Shown here piece after piece: positions 15,101 to 28,734 of a stretch of 64,000 bases of DNA. The notes under the pieces are model-generated. The model did not search any database. It saw only the letters and a program-made list of their open reading frames with translations, and was not told the DNA's origin. The position numbers and the translations under genes are program-made. Position 1 is the stretch's first letter. Every line of letters begins with the position of its first letter. The stretch spans positions 37,820,001 through 37,884,000 of the forward strand of contig OZ024751.1 of NCBI GenBank assembly GCA_964016885.1. Direction: 5' to 3'. Source of the DNA: Eledone cirrhosa (lineage: Eukaryota).

Positions 15101-15526
15101 TTACCATCGTCGTAATTACCATAAAAACAATCCTTGTGATCACTATCAGTCTCAAAACATTTATCACGACCATCGTGACCGTCGCCATCATCATCACCAT
15201 CATCACCATCACCATCAGCAGCAGCGTAGACATCATCACCACCAGCAGCAGCAGCAGCAGCGTAGACATCATCACCAGCAGCAGCAGCAGCGTAGACATC
15301 ATCACCATCATAGTTCTCTCATTACCATCTAATTAATGTACTTATTAACATATTGCACATTCAATCACAAATAAATGTTCGCACACAAGAAACACACAGA
15401 CAGACACGTCAAACGCAAATATACATACATACAAACATATCAATACATACACACACACACACACATATCAATACATACACACACACACACACATCAATAC
15501 ATACACACACCCACACATCAATACAT

Positions 15527-15560
<34 letters not shown>

Positions 15561-15565
<5 letters not shown>

Positions 15566-15746
15566 AACCAGTAAGACCCCGACAGCTGAGCTCAAGCCGT
15601 TTCGACGGCTAATTCGAATTAGCCGTCGAAACGGCTTGAGCTCAGCTGTCGGGGTCTTACTGGTTCCTATTACCCACTCTACTACCTCAAGTATTGAGTA
15701 CTTTGGTGCGTTATGGTCCACCTGGTTCCTTACCACATTTCCTTCG

Positions 15747-15748
<2 letters not shown>
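15561..15748 (+). mobile_element. Fold-back element (family C) with 3' half of an HHR
   Basis: Perfect 55+55-bp palindrome (centre 15615|15616) containing GCCGTC-GAAA-CGGCTTGAGCTCAGCTG-TC-GGGGTC, then a 78-nt tail; (TA)n on both sides; copies at 62014 and 62145. Confidence 0.8.
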
Positions 15749-15790
<42 letters not shown>

Positions 15791-15796
<6 letters not shown>

Positions 15797-16055
15797 AGAT
15801 CAAAAGATGGTTAAAAGAGTTCCAAGTATTTTATTATGCGCATTTAAAAAACAAATATCATCATGGGATGATATCTGCGTTCTCATCAGATAAAATAGCT
15901 TAAAAAACACTTGTGAGCAGTGAAGTTTTAAATCAACATATAAAAAATAAAGTAAGATCGATATATGAGATTGGGAAAATAATTACATAAGTAGAGTGCT
16001 GCTTATCCGATATTTGCATTGCTTTATTGTGCTACAATAAAACTCACCTTCTACA
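15791..16055. mobile_element. Family B copy with internal inversion; HHR at 15827-15897 (minus) with GAAA>TAAA
   Basis: 15791-15941 resembles 9058-9224 in the same orientation; 15991-16055 matches the reverse complement of 8967-9031. Confidence 0.8.
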
Positions 16056-16062
16056 CACACAC

Positions 16063-16105
<43 letters not shown>

Positions 16106-18986
16106 CATTCTAGACATTTACATCCAGCCACACACACACATATATCCACACACGAACACACTAAAAATTATCGCCGTTAAATATCAAATAGTAACGATAT
16201 ACAAACATCTCCATTATCCTCACAATTAACATCCTCATTACCCCGATTATGATCTTTTTATTCAGAACAATCCTCACCATCAACACATATTGATGATACC
16301 AAAGCACCAGCCTGACTGTTGGTAGACACAGTGCAATCAAAAAGCCAAGTAATCTTCTCTGATCGACTCACATATCAATTTCTTAGACAGATATATACAT
16401 GTAATTAGAATGAACGTTGTATGGAGTTAACACATAAAACTCTGAACGTTAATGAATTATGAATAACGGCTTATATTAAAGATTAAAAAGGCCGAGTTGA
16501 ATCTTATCTTGATTGTTAACTTTGAACATCCTAGATATAATTATCAACCCATTCCTCTGCAATCATGTTAGATCCTTCTCATGATATTATTTCCTTACAA
16601 CAGAGCAACATATACGTATTTACCATATATAAATGTTTGGTTGTATATTCTCAGGTCATTCTATATAGAACAGACCCATGATGAAGATGAGCCAGCCTTA
16701 GGTTTTTATATTAAGGTATGTCAGCAAATTTAACTATTTTTATGTTGGAAGTTTTGGGCACCTTATATGGGAAACTGCGAACATTTTGACGTGTTAAAAG
16801 AAAAGATAGGGATTGATAAACTAAATTCACTGATATATCGGGCACAGATGTTTATATTGTATATTTTCTTTTCAACCCTGTTCGAAAAGGAATCCCAGCT
16901 ATAACCAATCTATTTTAGCCGATCTATCCTTTTTGTTTTAAGATTGCATTGTGTTAAAAGCGAGAAATTGTGCTGCTCTTTCTAAAATAGCTAGCAGCCA
17001 CGTAGAGTGTTCATCATTGTTTTATGTGTACCGGGTTGGGTTTTTGATTTTTCCATCAGATGATTATTGTCGTACCTAACATGACTCCCGGCTTGCTTTC
17101 GAAACTAGGTCACGGACTCGTGAAGCTTAGACTGCGCAGTCGCACCTGACAAATCTTCCTCATTAGATAAAGCAACAGTCAATAGAATAAAGCAGCGTAA
17201 ATGTAACATTCTTAAATGAAACAATGATTATAGAAAAACGAAAAGCTACGACAGCGACAGCAATAACAAAAACTATCTTTGTTGCACAGCAAAACACTAC
17301 TGCAGTAAGAAAGAAACAACAATACAAGCAGCAGCAACAACGACAACAACAGCAGCAACAATAACAACATCGATAGAACTGACAACATTAGTCTTAGCAA
17401 TGATAAAATAAAATATAAATATAGAAAAATATATTCGAACTGTAACAACAACAATCCAAACAGTAACAAGAACAAGTGCAAAACCCAATTAGAATCAACC
17501 ACTTCAATAACAACAACAACAACAGCAGCAGCAGTAGGAACAATTGCAATATACAGCAGTAGTAACAAATTCAGAAAGAAACAGCGCGTGCCAACTGAAA
17601 GCTATCGGCAAAATCAATTTTGAAAATCTACGTTGGATTCTAGTAATCAAAAAAACAAACACTAAATTGATAACATACAAACACAAACAGAGAAACAAGA
17701 AAATATACAAGAAACTAACAGAAGTAACAGCGACAATGCGAAGAATACAAGAACAATAAATATATATAACAATATAAATAAGATAAGAAAGAAATATAAA
17801 GACACTGAACAATAGCAACAACAACAACAATAGTCGTCATAATAACTACATCAATAAAAATACAAACCAAAACAGAAGCATTAATACAATAATACCAATA
17901 GAACAAAATAGTAAAGATAACAGTTAAGCGAAATAAACAGACAAATATAAATATATATATAATAGGAAAAGGCTGCAATTCTCTGTTAGGCAAAATTTCA
18001 ATTTGCTTTTGCTCTTTTGGTTTCGGCGTTTTTTTTTCTTTTATATTTTTTTCTAGATCTTTATATTTCGTTTTCTTATTTATTTGTTTTATACTTATTT
18101 TATATTTATTTGTTTTCTTTAAAGTTGCTAAATCAAAATTTTATCTGTTGTTCTTATGTCATAAACCAACGTCAAAACAGTTTCTTTTTAATTAATTTCT
18201 AATTATGGATTTCACTGATTCTAACAATTTCTTCATTTTTACTTCATATTATTCACCCTTTTATTATTATTATCATTATTATTATTATTATTATTATTAT
18301 TACTACTATTATTATTATATATTTTTTTCATTCTTCATGCTTTCATATTTCCAATTTTAATTAAATATTATGTATTATATTATGTTTATCTATTTTTATT
18401 AATGAATTATATTTATTTATATTGTCTGAATATTTATTTTCATTTCTTTTTAATTTCTCTTTATATTTATTTCTTTATTTATCTATTTATTGTATTTATT
18501 AATTTATTTTTGGTTAATAATTAATATTGCATTCTAATTCCAACGGCTTTGCGACATTTTCATCCAAACAAAAACTTATCTTTTATTCTTTTCATCCTAT
18601 TTTTTTGTCGTTGCTTTTCATGGCATTTATTTTAATTTCACATCGATGTTCCTGTGGTTAACTTTCAAAATTAAACCTTGACATTTTGCTATTTGTACCC
18701 TAGGATTATTTAACGAATATTTCGGATGTTGTTAGAATATATTATTGTCATTGGATCTACTACGTAAGTTCATCGATCTTAAGCTGTTGGAGGAGATATC
18801 ATAAAAAATCTGTACCAACATTCACAGCATTGCATTCACACATATATAGTCAGAGACATATATACATACACCAATATATTTGTTGTGAGTATATTTTCTA
18901 TCTATCTATATATCTATCTATCTGTCTGTCTGTCTATCTATCTGTCTGCCTGTATATCTATCTGTCTATCTATCTATCTCTCTCTC

Positions 18987-19042
<56 letters not shown>

Positions 19043-19869
19043 CACAAAGAGAAGGCGGGTGAGAGCTACGAAGAATATAAGGAAGATAGAAAGAAACGAA
19101 TAAAAAGTACATTGAATAAAATATAAAAATATGACAAATGATAAAACAACTAAAAAACTAAAAGGAAATGTAAGGAGAGGTAAAAAGTTATATAAACCTC
19201 TAAGAAGGAAACAAATATCTTAGATCCATAATGTAATGAAGAGAGGAAGATAAAAAAATATAGATTTCGATTTCTACCGAACTTTAATCACATCTGAGTT
19301 CACAACGTACATTGCTGTCGTATTAATGTTTCATCAATTGTGCTTATTTTTTTTGTTATTTAATCAGATATATTATTTGATTATCTCCCCTTTAATATCC
19401 GAACATATGCTTCTTTAATTTCATTTATCTCATGCGATTCTTTTGTTCATGTTACTATTTCTTTTGATATTTCCTCCATTTATTTACATTACATCATATA
19501 TTATCTAGATAGTGGCATGCATTATCTTCGTTATAGCATGTCTTATCTACGTTATATTACGCTATATTCATTATTTATGCTATATTCTACATTATCCAAA
19601 ATACCCAATCAAAATTATTTCTTTGCATTTCCACTGACGACAGACATTTTTTTATGCATCTATAGTGGATTAAATAACAGAGCTATATTTTGTTCGACAC
19701 ACTTTGACGTACATTCCTCGCCAATACTCACATACCCCTTTCTCGTGTTTATCTGGGACTTTACATGATTTATAAACCTCGGATAATGGATAGCAAAGTT
19801 GAATGTAGAGGAGGAGAATATTTTAAAATTTTAGGAAGAGAACCATTTGGGGGGTGGGGGAAGTGGTTT

Positions 19870-20200
19870 GTTTAGGGAAAATCGATTATATAGACTCCAG
19901 TACCTAACTGGTACTTTATATTATCGATCCCGAAAAGATGAAAGGCAAAAATTGAGTTCAGAGGCGGAGAATTTTAAGTTTTTTTTTTATTTTAGGCAGA
20001 AACCCAGTTGATTTTTTTTGATTTTTTAGTCGGGGTATGGAGAATGGATTATATCGATCATAGTTCTTAACTAGAAGTTCGTGTTATCGATCCCAGAACG
20101 ATGAAAGGCAAAGTTGACTTCTTCAACGTGATATGATCTCACAATCTAATAAGCGAAATGATACAGCAACACCATTTGCCTGACGACTCTCACTGGTCTA
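19870..20200 (-). mobile_element. Two adjacent degenerate SINE copies
   Basis: ACTGGTACTTTAT..TTATCGATCCCGAAAAGATGAAAGGCAAA near 19910-19950 and a similar motif near 20085-20115. Confidence 0.65.
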
Positions 20201-20356
20201 CCAATACATTGGCGGACTATAATGAAACTCAACGTAGTTTGTTAGGAGATATCTGTTAACATCCAACAGGCTGAGAATAAAATCAAACGGAATGATTACA
20301 TGGTCTGGATATGTGCGTGACAATATTTTGGATCGTAGCGTGAGGAGAGAGAGAGA

Positions 20357-20420
<64 letters not shown>

Positions 20421-20715
20421 CACACATATGGAAAGAGTGAGAGAAAGATAGAGGGACACACACCCATATACATATATATATACATATATATGAGAGAGAG
20501 AGATAGAGAGAGAGAGAGAGGGGGAGGGAGAAAGTGAAGGAGAATTAGAAAGAAAGACTTGCTCTAATATTCTCCCTTCAGTGTCTAATATTTAGTTCAG
20601 TTCCAATATATACAATAAAAATCATTATCGTCACAGAAACCTCTACTAATAATTATCTTTATAGACAAGTGTGTAACTCAACTCTTTCTCTCCCTCCCTC
20701 TCTGTATATATATAA

Positions 20716-20799
<84 letters not shown>

Positions 20800-21000
20800 A
20801 TAACTGTCTCTTTCTCTCCATAATTGATTGTAAATGTGCGTGTTTTAACCACGGGAAACTTTCAAAATATAGGTTATATGCATATATGCACACATACATA
20901 CAGGAGCCGCATATCGATCCAGTCCGCATGTAATATGCACACACACATGTACATATGTGTGTGTATATGTATTTGTAAGTTGGAGTGTGTTAGTTTGCTT

Positions 21001-21069
21001 GTCCCAAAAATGTATACACATATATGTTAGAATACTGTTGAAGTGTGTAAACACTTTTTGGGGACACCT
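21001..21069. mobile_element. Tc1/mariner-type MITE (partial)
   Basis: GTCCCAAAAATGTATACAC...TTTTTGGGGACACC. Confidence 0.7.
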
Positions 21070-21189
21070 ATGAGTAAAAACAACACATGAGAAAACTACA
21101 TTACAATCATCCTATATATTACTGTAACGGTTGTTATAGCAGTACCAGAGTGTTAACTCTCTGCACACTAATTTTCAATATTTCATCTT

Positions 21190-21330
21190 ATTCTTTCTTA
21201 TGATGAAGGACTCGTGACCGAAACTTTACGGGTCTTTATCTACTATATAAGGCGTTAAACTAATATATATCCTCATTGTACTGTGTAACGTGGTGAGTTT
21301 TTTTTTGCGCTAACGGTTCGAATATATATC
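21190..21330 (+). mobile_element. Degenerate HHR-element 3' end related to family D
   Basis: aTGATGA-AGG..CC-GAAA followed by GCGTTAAACTAATATATATCC, similar to 25475-25550; ends in (TA)n. Confidence 0.45.
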
Positions 21331-21382
<52 letters not shown>

Positions 21383-21384
<2 letters not shown>

Positions 21385-21935
21385 GTTATTCCGGGTTGAG
21401 TCGGAGGTAACCACAGTAAGTAAGGTACTCAATACATAGCAGAGTATAAAAGTTTTAATATAGATGAGATTCGAATTGATGCGCGACACCGCGCAACCGG
21501 CACGCAGTGAACTGCGAACGGCGCTGACGGCATCTAACGCGTCGTCGGTCTCAGTCTAATATTTGCGCCGCGACCAATGCGAAGGCCGACCGTGTCGACG
21601 CGATCTGTTGGGACCGCGCGGGAAGACGGAACGACGACAGCGATGGAACGCTGAGCGCGTTTGTAAACCGACTGAGGCCGCGATCGCAGGTCGCACCCGG
21701 GAGTCGGGTTACAAACGCGCTCAGCGTTCCATCGCTGTCGTCGTTCCGTCTTCCCGCGCGGTCCCAACAGATCGCGTCGACACGGTCGGCCTTCGCATTG
21801 GTCGCGGCGCAAATATTAGACTGAGACCGACGACGCGTTAGATGCCGTCAGCGCCGTTCGCAGTTCGCTGCGTGCCGGTTGCGCGGTGTCGCGCATCAAT
21901 TCGAATCTCATCTATATTAAAACTTTTATACTCTG

Positions 21936-21939
<4 letters not shown>
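21383..21939 (-). mobile_element. GC-rich fold-back element in (TA)n
   Basis: Arms 21436-21673 and 21702-21939 (238 bp, 2 mismatches seen), 28-nt loop, 53-nt unpaired tail; GTACTCAATAC motif shared with family C. Confidence 0.8.
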
Positions 21940-21968
<29 letters not shown>

Positions 21969-22355
21969 CAACAACTAATATATTAATATATATAGCTATC
22001 TATCTATCTATATATCTCTCTATCTACTAAAGCATCTATCAGTTTGTTTTCATCTCGTTTTCTTGTATATATCTATATATTTATATGGACTATATTGCCA
22101 GAGAATTTCTGAAGTATGAAACAGAATTATATAACGGGCAAGCAGGACGATAAAAAATATAAAGCAAGCTGCAAACATATTAAAAGACTCCATAGACTTG
22201 GAGAATATATATATACGACACGGGAGAAAATTTATGTTTACCAACATTAAGGAATTTTCAATTCGGTTCTTCAGGAAAACTCCCACGTAGAAGAAAGTAT
22301 AAATCGATTGGACTTTCAGTTTTGGCCTGCTTATAGTTAACGGCATGTAAAATGG

Positions 22356-22441
<86 letters not shown>

Positions 22442-22459
22442 ATATATATGTATATGTAT

Positions 22460-22870
22460 CCGTGAGAGATGACCCCTTAGCCTTTGTCAAGGCAGAATTC
22501 TAGGAGAAGGAAAACTCTGATATAACACCTGCAACCCTGATGGTATCCAATGATGTTGACCTGTTCTTCTTTTTGGTAAATATCATCTTGGTTAAGAGAG
22601 TGGGACTGGCTTTGTGCAGTGCCTTTGCTCACTATAAAAGCTTCACAGCACAGGCATTGCTTTGTATCTGGAGATCTCTCTGCACTTGTCATCACATGGT
22701 ACCATGGGCCCTGCACTATGTGTCAATAATGGTCACAAGTGTAGTCTTTGTACCAGAGTTTTCAAGTCGCTGGCTGGACTAAAGTCACATTCGTTCAGCG
22801 CATCGGTAGGGGTTCTCCTACATGGATATAAAGTAGTGGCCGTACTCGAAAACGAGTTGGCAGCCACCAT
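22460..22870 (+). mobile_element. RTE-derived non-autonomous element (5'-truncated copy)
   Basis: Highly similar to 62728-63141; C2H2 remnant [19 protein letters not shown]. Confidence 0.7.
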
Positions 22871-22871
22871 G

Positions 22872-22907
<36 letters not shown>

Positions 22908-22977
22908 CATACATATATATATATACACACACACATATATATATATATATATACAAGCACACATATACATATATATA

Positions 22978-23077
22978 TAGGGTGTCCTCACAAAATGTAT
23001 ACACATTTTTATTACCTATACAGACAATATTTATTAGAATGCACAGCCTTTGTATATACATTTTTGGGGACACCCTG
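22978..23077. mobile_element. Tc1/mariner-type MITE
   Basis: TIRs AGGGTGTCC..AAAATGTATACA / TATACATTTTTGGGGACACCCTG. Confidence 0.75.
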
Positions 23078-23100
23078 TCTAAATATATATATATATATGC

Positions 23101-23144
<44 letters not shown>

Positions 23145-23145
23145 C

Positions 23146-23192
<47 letters not shown>

Positions 23193-23499
23193 TCTCTTTA
23201 TATATACATATGCATTATGTTATTTATTTATGTTCATACCCAGAACATGTGTATGGCTGTGAGTGTGTGTGTGAGTGTGTGTGAGTGTGTAAGACGAATT
23301 ATTGATTCCTTTAGGTATAATATACAGTTGTTACGCAAGAATATCGACATAGATTTATTTACATGTACACACACATACACCCTCTCTCTCTCTCACTCAC
23401 TCACTCACTCACTCACTCACTCACTCACTCACTCTCTCTCTGTCTTTCTCAGGGTATTGCATCGATTGTCAAAGACTGTTAAAGACTACATTAATTGCA

Positions 23500-23595
23500 A
23501 TAAAGAAGACCACTTGGCAAAGCTTCCAGGCAGCCTGACTGAGCCTGAAACCAAGTGGTTATGTAGCGACCACTTATACCACACGGCCATGCCTT
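23500..23595 (-). mobile_element. SINE 5' (tRNA-like) head
   Basis: Minus strand reads GGCATGGCCGTGTGGTATAAG...CCACTTGGTTTCAGGCTCAGTC...GCCAAGTG. Confidence 0.55.
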
Positions 23596-23909
23596 CCCCA
23601 ATTATTATTCCACATGAGAACACTCACACACACAGCAGCCATAACATATACAGATGTGCCTCACGTCAAGAAAGACGGAGATACGCTCCGCTGACAATGT
23701 GTGACCCAATAAACATGACTCTTATCTCATGATTGTTTATACGGTAGAGTTACACAACCGGATCCAATGGGAAACACACAGGCAGTAGGAAGAAAGGTCG
23801 GAGTTCAAACTAACAAAATAGCAACATTGACAAAACGTCATTCAGCGTGTGACATGCTGGAGAACAAATTTGAAACGAAAGGGAGAAATCGAGAGACAAA
23901 GGTTAAAAA

Positions 23910-23986
23910 CATGGTGTCCTAAAATAAAGTATACACACTTCAACAGCTTTCTAATCAAAGTGTGTATACATTTTTGGGACACCCTA
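23910..23986. mobile_element. Tc1/mariner-type MITE
   Basis: Same TIR family, inverted relative to the 38450 copy. Confidence 0.75.
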
Positions 23987-24711
23987 TATGTCTGTGTGTG
24001 TATATATATATATATATGTTTGTATGTGTCTGCGTGTGTGTAAGTATGTATGTGTATGTGGTGTGTTTGGAAAGAAAGAAAAAATAACGTATAAAATAGA
24101 AAAAGATTCAAAGTTGGGAAGTATGCGAAGTGAGGAGCTAAAGAGGAAGACATCTTGGAGATAATATTTGGAATGGAGAAATGAAGAAGAAATATAAAAA
24201 TGAAGAAAAGACAGAAAGAACTAGAACGAATGAAAGATATGCCAGTAGAATGAAATACTAAAGAAAAGAAGGAGAAAGTATATATCGTAATAAATGGTAA
24301 GAAATTCAGTTTGGAAGATAAATATAGACAGATTCAAAATATAGAAAAACTTGTTTTATCGACCGTTTTTCGTCTGACTGCTAAGTAAGGTGACATAGAC
24401 AAGGACGTTTATTCTATCGGTCACATTTTATTTTCGTCGAACTGTTACGTGACGTTACATAAGTAAACAGTAAAAGTAAACGAAGACTAGGTTACATAGA
24501 ATGACTCAATTATTTCTGTACCAGACCAGGTATCAGCATAGTCTCAGTCCACCAAATTTCCCTTACAATGTCTTGACCGACTCCAGGTGTAGATTATATT
24601 TGCCCAGACTGCCAGTATATTGGACAGAACGTGAAACGCGTGTTTTCGATTTGAGTTCATTACCGGCGCTTGTATATATACTTACACACACACACACACA
24701 CACACACACCC

Positions 24712-24743
<32 letters not shown>

Positions 24744-25215
24744 GAGCGTATTGAAGTTTGCTTGAAGCATTGTGGAACAATAAGTAAATATCTTTAAGTC
24801 GTTTAGAAGCCTCGACAATGCAAATGGGTAAATCTCCGGGTAACAAGGTCCGGTTGTGGAGAGAGATATCTAAGTGGGTGTACGTTGAGATGCGTGGTGT
24901 GTATAAGATGTGTGAGATGTGTAGAATGAAGGGAAGAGTATATAAAGGATAAAATAAAAATAACAACACAAGAGAGAGTTACCTTGGGAGAGATTTAATA
25001 GTCCCTATATATTTCGGATTCACATCCATCAACTGGGTTTTTTTCCGGGGTGGGGGAAAAGGTTGTCTGTCGGGCAAGTCCGGAACGCGTCCTTCGCTGT
25101 TTGTTGTTTTGAATATCTGAGGTATTCGGCAGAGCGCGCGTGCGCGTGAAATGGGGTCGGTCGTACAGATTTACCCATTTGCATTGTCGAGGCTTCCAAA
25201 CGACTTAAAGATATT

Positions 25216-25218
<3 letters not shown>
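24744..25218 (-). mobile_element. HHR element with 52-bp inverted arm in (TA)n
   Basis: 24784-24835 is inverted at 25167-25218 (1 mismatch). Minus-strand HHR-like motif CC-CAGTTGA-T-GGAT(GTGA)ATCC-GAAA-TATA-TA-GGG at 25003-25037. Confidence 0.75.
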
Positions 25219-25259
<41 letters not shown>

Positions 25260-25260
<1 letters not shown>

Positions 25261-25595
25261 CTCTTTTTACAATCCGGTTTTTTTTTCCATTTCAGGCAGT
25301 CGCGCGCCATCATATCATCCACTTTTCTAAAACATAAATCTTACACAAAACGCCAGCACCAACAGTTTTGCAAGAGATGTCAACATGAATGGACCTGTTA
25401 TTTTTATCTAAAGACATTTTTTCCAATTACAACCCGCCCGTCCCCGCAATCTATCTTATTTTTCTTTCTTCCTTCTGATGAAAGACTAGCATCCGAAACG
25501 TGAAGACCCTCTTCCTGCTATATCAAGCGTTAACCTAATATATCCCTTCCATATACTGCACGGATTGTCTTGTTATTTCTGTTTACCTTTTACAT
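25260..25595 (+). mobile_element. Family D element 3' end with HHR-like motif (25472-25505)
   Basis: CTT-CTGATGA-AAGACTAGCATCC-GAAA-CG-TG-AAG; 25495-25595 matches the reverse complement of 62326-62434. Confidence 0.6.
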
Positions 25596-25612
25596 CTCTC
25601 TCTCTCTATATA

Positions 25613-25653
<41 letters not shown>

Positions 25654-25859
25654 GAGTGTGTGTGTTTGTTCTAAAATGCACCAGCTACTGAGATAACATT
25701 GTTCAGAGGGGTGTAAATTACTAAACTATAACCATCATCGCATTATACATGCTTGTTTGCTTTCTCTCTCATTCTATTACTTACTTTAACGCTATCTCTC
25801 CCTCTGTCTGTTTCTCTCTCTCTCTCTCACTAGCTCTCTCGCTCTCACTATCCCTCTCT

Positions 25860-26110
25860 CTCCCACTAGCACACATATTCTCTCTATTTTCTTGACTATA
25901 TATGTCCTCTACCTTCTCTCTCCCTAACTCTCTCTGTCTCTCTCTCTCTCTCTAGCACACATATTCTCTGTTTTCTTGACTGTATGTGTCCTCCCCCTCT
26001 CTCTCCCTAACTCTCTCTCTAACTCTCTCCCCCTCTCTCTCTCTCTCTAGCACACATATTCTCTTTGTTTTCTTGACAGTATATGTCCTCCCCCCCTCTC
26101 TCTCCCCCTC
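25860..26110. repeat. Three ~85-95-bp CT-rich tandem units
   Basis: TAGCACACATATTCTCT at ~25867, 25953 and 26048. Confidence 0.8.
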
Positions 26111-26570
26111 TATACTCAAAGTAACTGATGTATTTCCCAATTCTCTATATAACTGTACAAGTTAACAAGTACTAAGACTTCTATGGAAGCTAGAAATTTC
26201 GTTAAAACAATCCAGATGTTGGTAAATCCATTAATGTCAAAAATACATATACTTGGCCGTTTATTATCACGGCCTTCCTGCGTCCATTTACCTCGTTTTA
26301 ATCCGTAGATATGCACACAATGAACAACCGCTCCTCCAAATATCAATATATTGATGGAAATTCACACACATACATATGTATGTATATGTCAGTATATGTG
26401 CGCATACATATATACATATCTGTTAGTCTTACCGAACGGGAGCGGCTGGACGTCGGGGACACTCTTGAGTAACAGAAAGGAGGATCAGTTGACGTAAATT
26501 ATGCATACACACACACACACACGCGCATTCATACATACACACACACACACACGCGCGCATTCATACATAC

Positions 26571-26602
<32 letters not shown>

Positions 26603-26638
26603 ATATTTGAGCTAATCTATAAGTGCTCGTGTGTATAA

Positions 26639-26691
<53 letters not shown>

Positions 26692-27057
26692 GACTAATCT
26701 ATAAGTGTTCGTGTATATATATATATATATATTTGAACTATTCTATAAGTGCTCGTGTATATATGTGTGTCTGTATATAGCACAAGCACGGGTTATTTTT
26801 TCATCGCTGGTGTGAAAGCACTAATCTACTAACAGTGATTGTGTATGTTAATGCTTTTTCTTTATTGCTCCCCGAAGGCTACGATACCAGTTTGGCAAGC
26901 CTCAACGCCTGTAGATTTTCATGATCTATGAAATTGAATATAGTTTCCTTATCTAGCGATACGTGTTCATATCTTGCACAGATAAATTACACGTTTCGCT
27001 TTTATGAGATTCCCTACATGAAGTATGGGGCATTATTTGGAATATAATTTTCAGGTA

Positions 27058-27232
27058 CATAGCTGGATATATACATAGATTGATATACATAGCTGGATAT
27101 ATACATAGATTGATATACATAGATGGATATATACATAGATTGATATACATAGATGGATATATACATAGATTGATATACATAGATGGATATATACATAGAT
27201 TGATATACATAGATGGATATATACATAGATGG
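27058..27232. repeat. 30-bp minisatellite, about 6 copies
   Basis: CATAG(A/C)TGGATATATACATAGATTGATATA. Confidence 0.9.
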
Positions 27233-27287
27233 TTACATAACATCGACGTCTAGGTGGTATAGGTAGCATGTATTATAATTATCATAA

Positions 27288-27465
27288 GGGTGGTGTATTG
27301 TCAGTGTCGTTAGAACTTCGGACAACTTGATTTATGACATAGGGTTACACCCATTTAGTATCCGAGTTCAAATCTTGTCCAGTACACTGGGTTGATGTAA
27401 TCGACTTTCCCCGCCCCCAAATTGATGGCGTTGTCCCTAAAGTAGAAACCATTATATTATAATTA
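27288..27465 (+). mobile_element. Degenerate SINE
   Basis: GAGTTCAAATC...GGGTTGATGTAATCGACT...AAAGTAGAAAC followed by an ATT tail. Confidence 0.55.
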
Positions 27466-28226
27466 TTTTTATAAGAAAAGCTGTAGATATTGCTGTGTAG
27501 TTTTGCAGTAAATGTGGAACATTTGCAAGTGTTTTCTACTCTAGCTCCGGAAACTCGCGTGCTTTCTGAATGAACTTTTCTGGGAATAAACTGCAGAAAT
27601 AAATCGTATACATGTGTATACATGTGTATACATTTGTATACATGTGTATATCCCAATATGTTTAATACATTTGTTGGTTGTTGGGCGGGTGGCTCACCGT
27701 TTTCTAGAGAATAAATACCACTCAATTAAACTACTCGATATATCTATCCGTCTGCCTTTCTTTCTGGCTGTCCGTTATATATACCAGAGCAACGATAGAA
27801 CTAATCAGGTTGAGAAAAAGTACACATGGACAAATTAAACGAATAGACGTTCAAAGTGTTTCTTTGAATCCTAAATCAAATATCCGACTTACTTGAGAGT
27901 CAAGCTCCTGGCATTGGTGACCGAACGTTGGATTCAGTTTATGAACAGGTATATCGCTCTTCCCGGGATGGGAGTGATACATTATATGTTGCTGCAATAC
28001 GCTGCTAATCGTATCTATAATTATCACGTGTTAATTCCGGCAAGGGAAATAACCCCCGGTCCCAGGCGGTTATTCAAAAAGTTAGCGAAAAAGGAAATAT
28101 TTAAAATTCCCGCTCATCATCATGATAAGCTCTCGACTAGATGTTATAAAACGAACACTAATAATTAACCAATCAGCAAAATTGTCTAATTAAATTAATT
28201 AGTTAATTATTAAATCTAGGAGAATA

Positions 28227-28293
<67 letters not shown>

Positions 28294-28630
28294 TATAAAT
28301 ATATATATAATTAGGTAGTGACATGTGCTTACGCTGTATTTGACTACATAGAATTAGTCTGTTAGTTGGGAATTTTACAAAACCCTCTGAATGGAGAAAA
28401 AGGAAGAGTATTGAGGTACATGGGACACAAACCCACATCTTCATCGATTCAATTAGAGGCTATATAACCATAGCAGGTATATATATATTTGTATATAAAT
28501 AGGGAGATAGCTGGTACCTCAGCTAGTTTCGATATAACATAAAGACGCCAACGTATTTACTAACTATTGTAACTGTTGTCATTTCACGATCCCAATAGGG
28601 AATCCATCCTTAACTCTCTCTCTCTCTCTC

Positions 28631-28734
<104 letters not shown>

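Noticed and set aside
21534-21841. Two mirrored 92-aa ORFs
   Set aside because: Consequence of the GC-rich palindrome; no motif.
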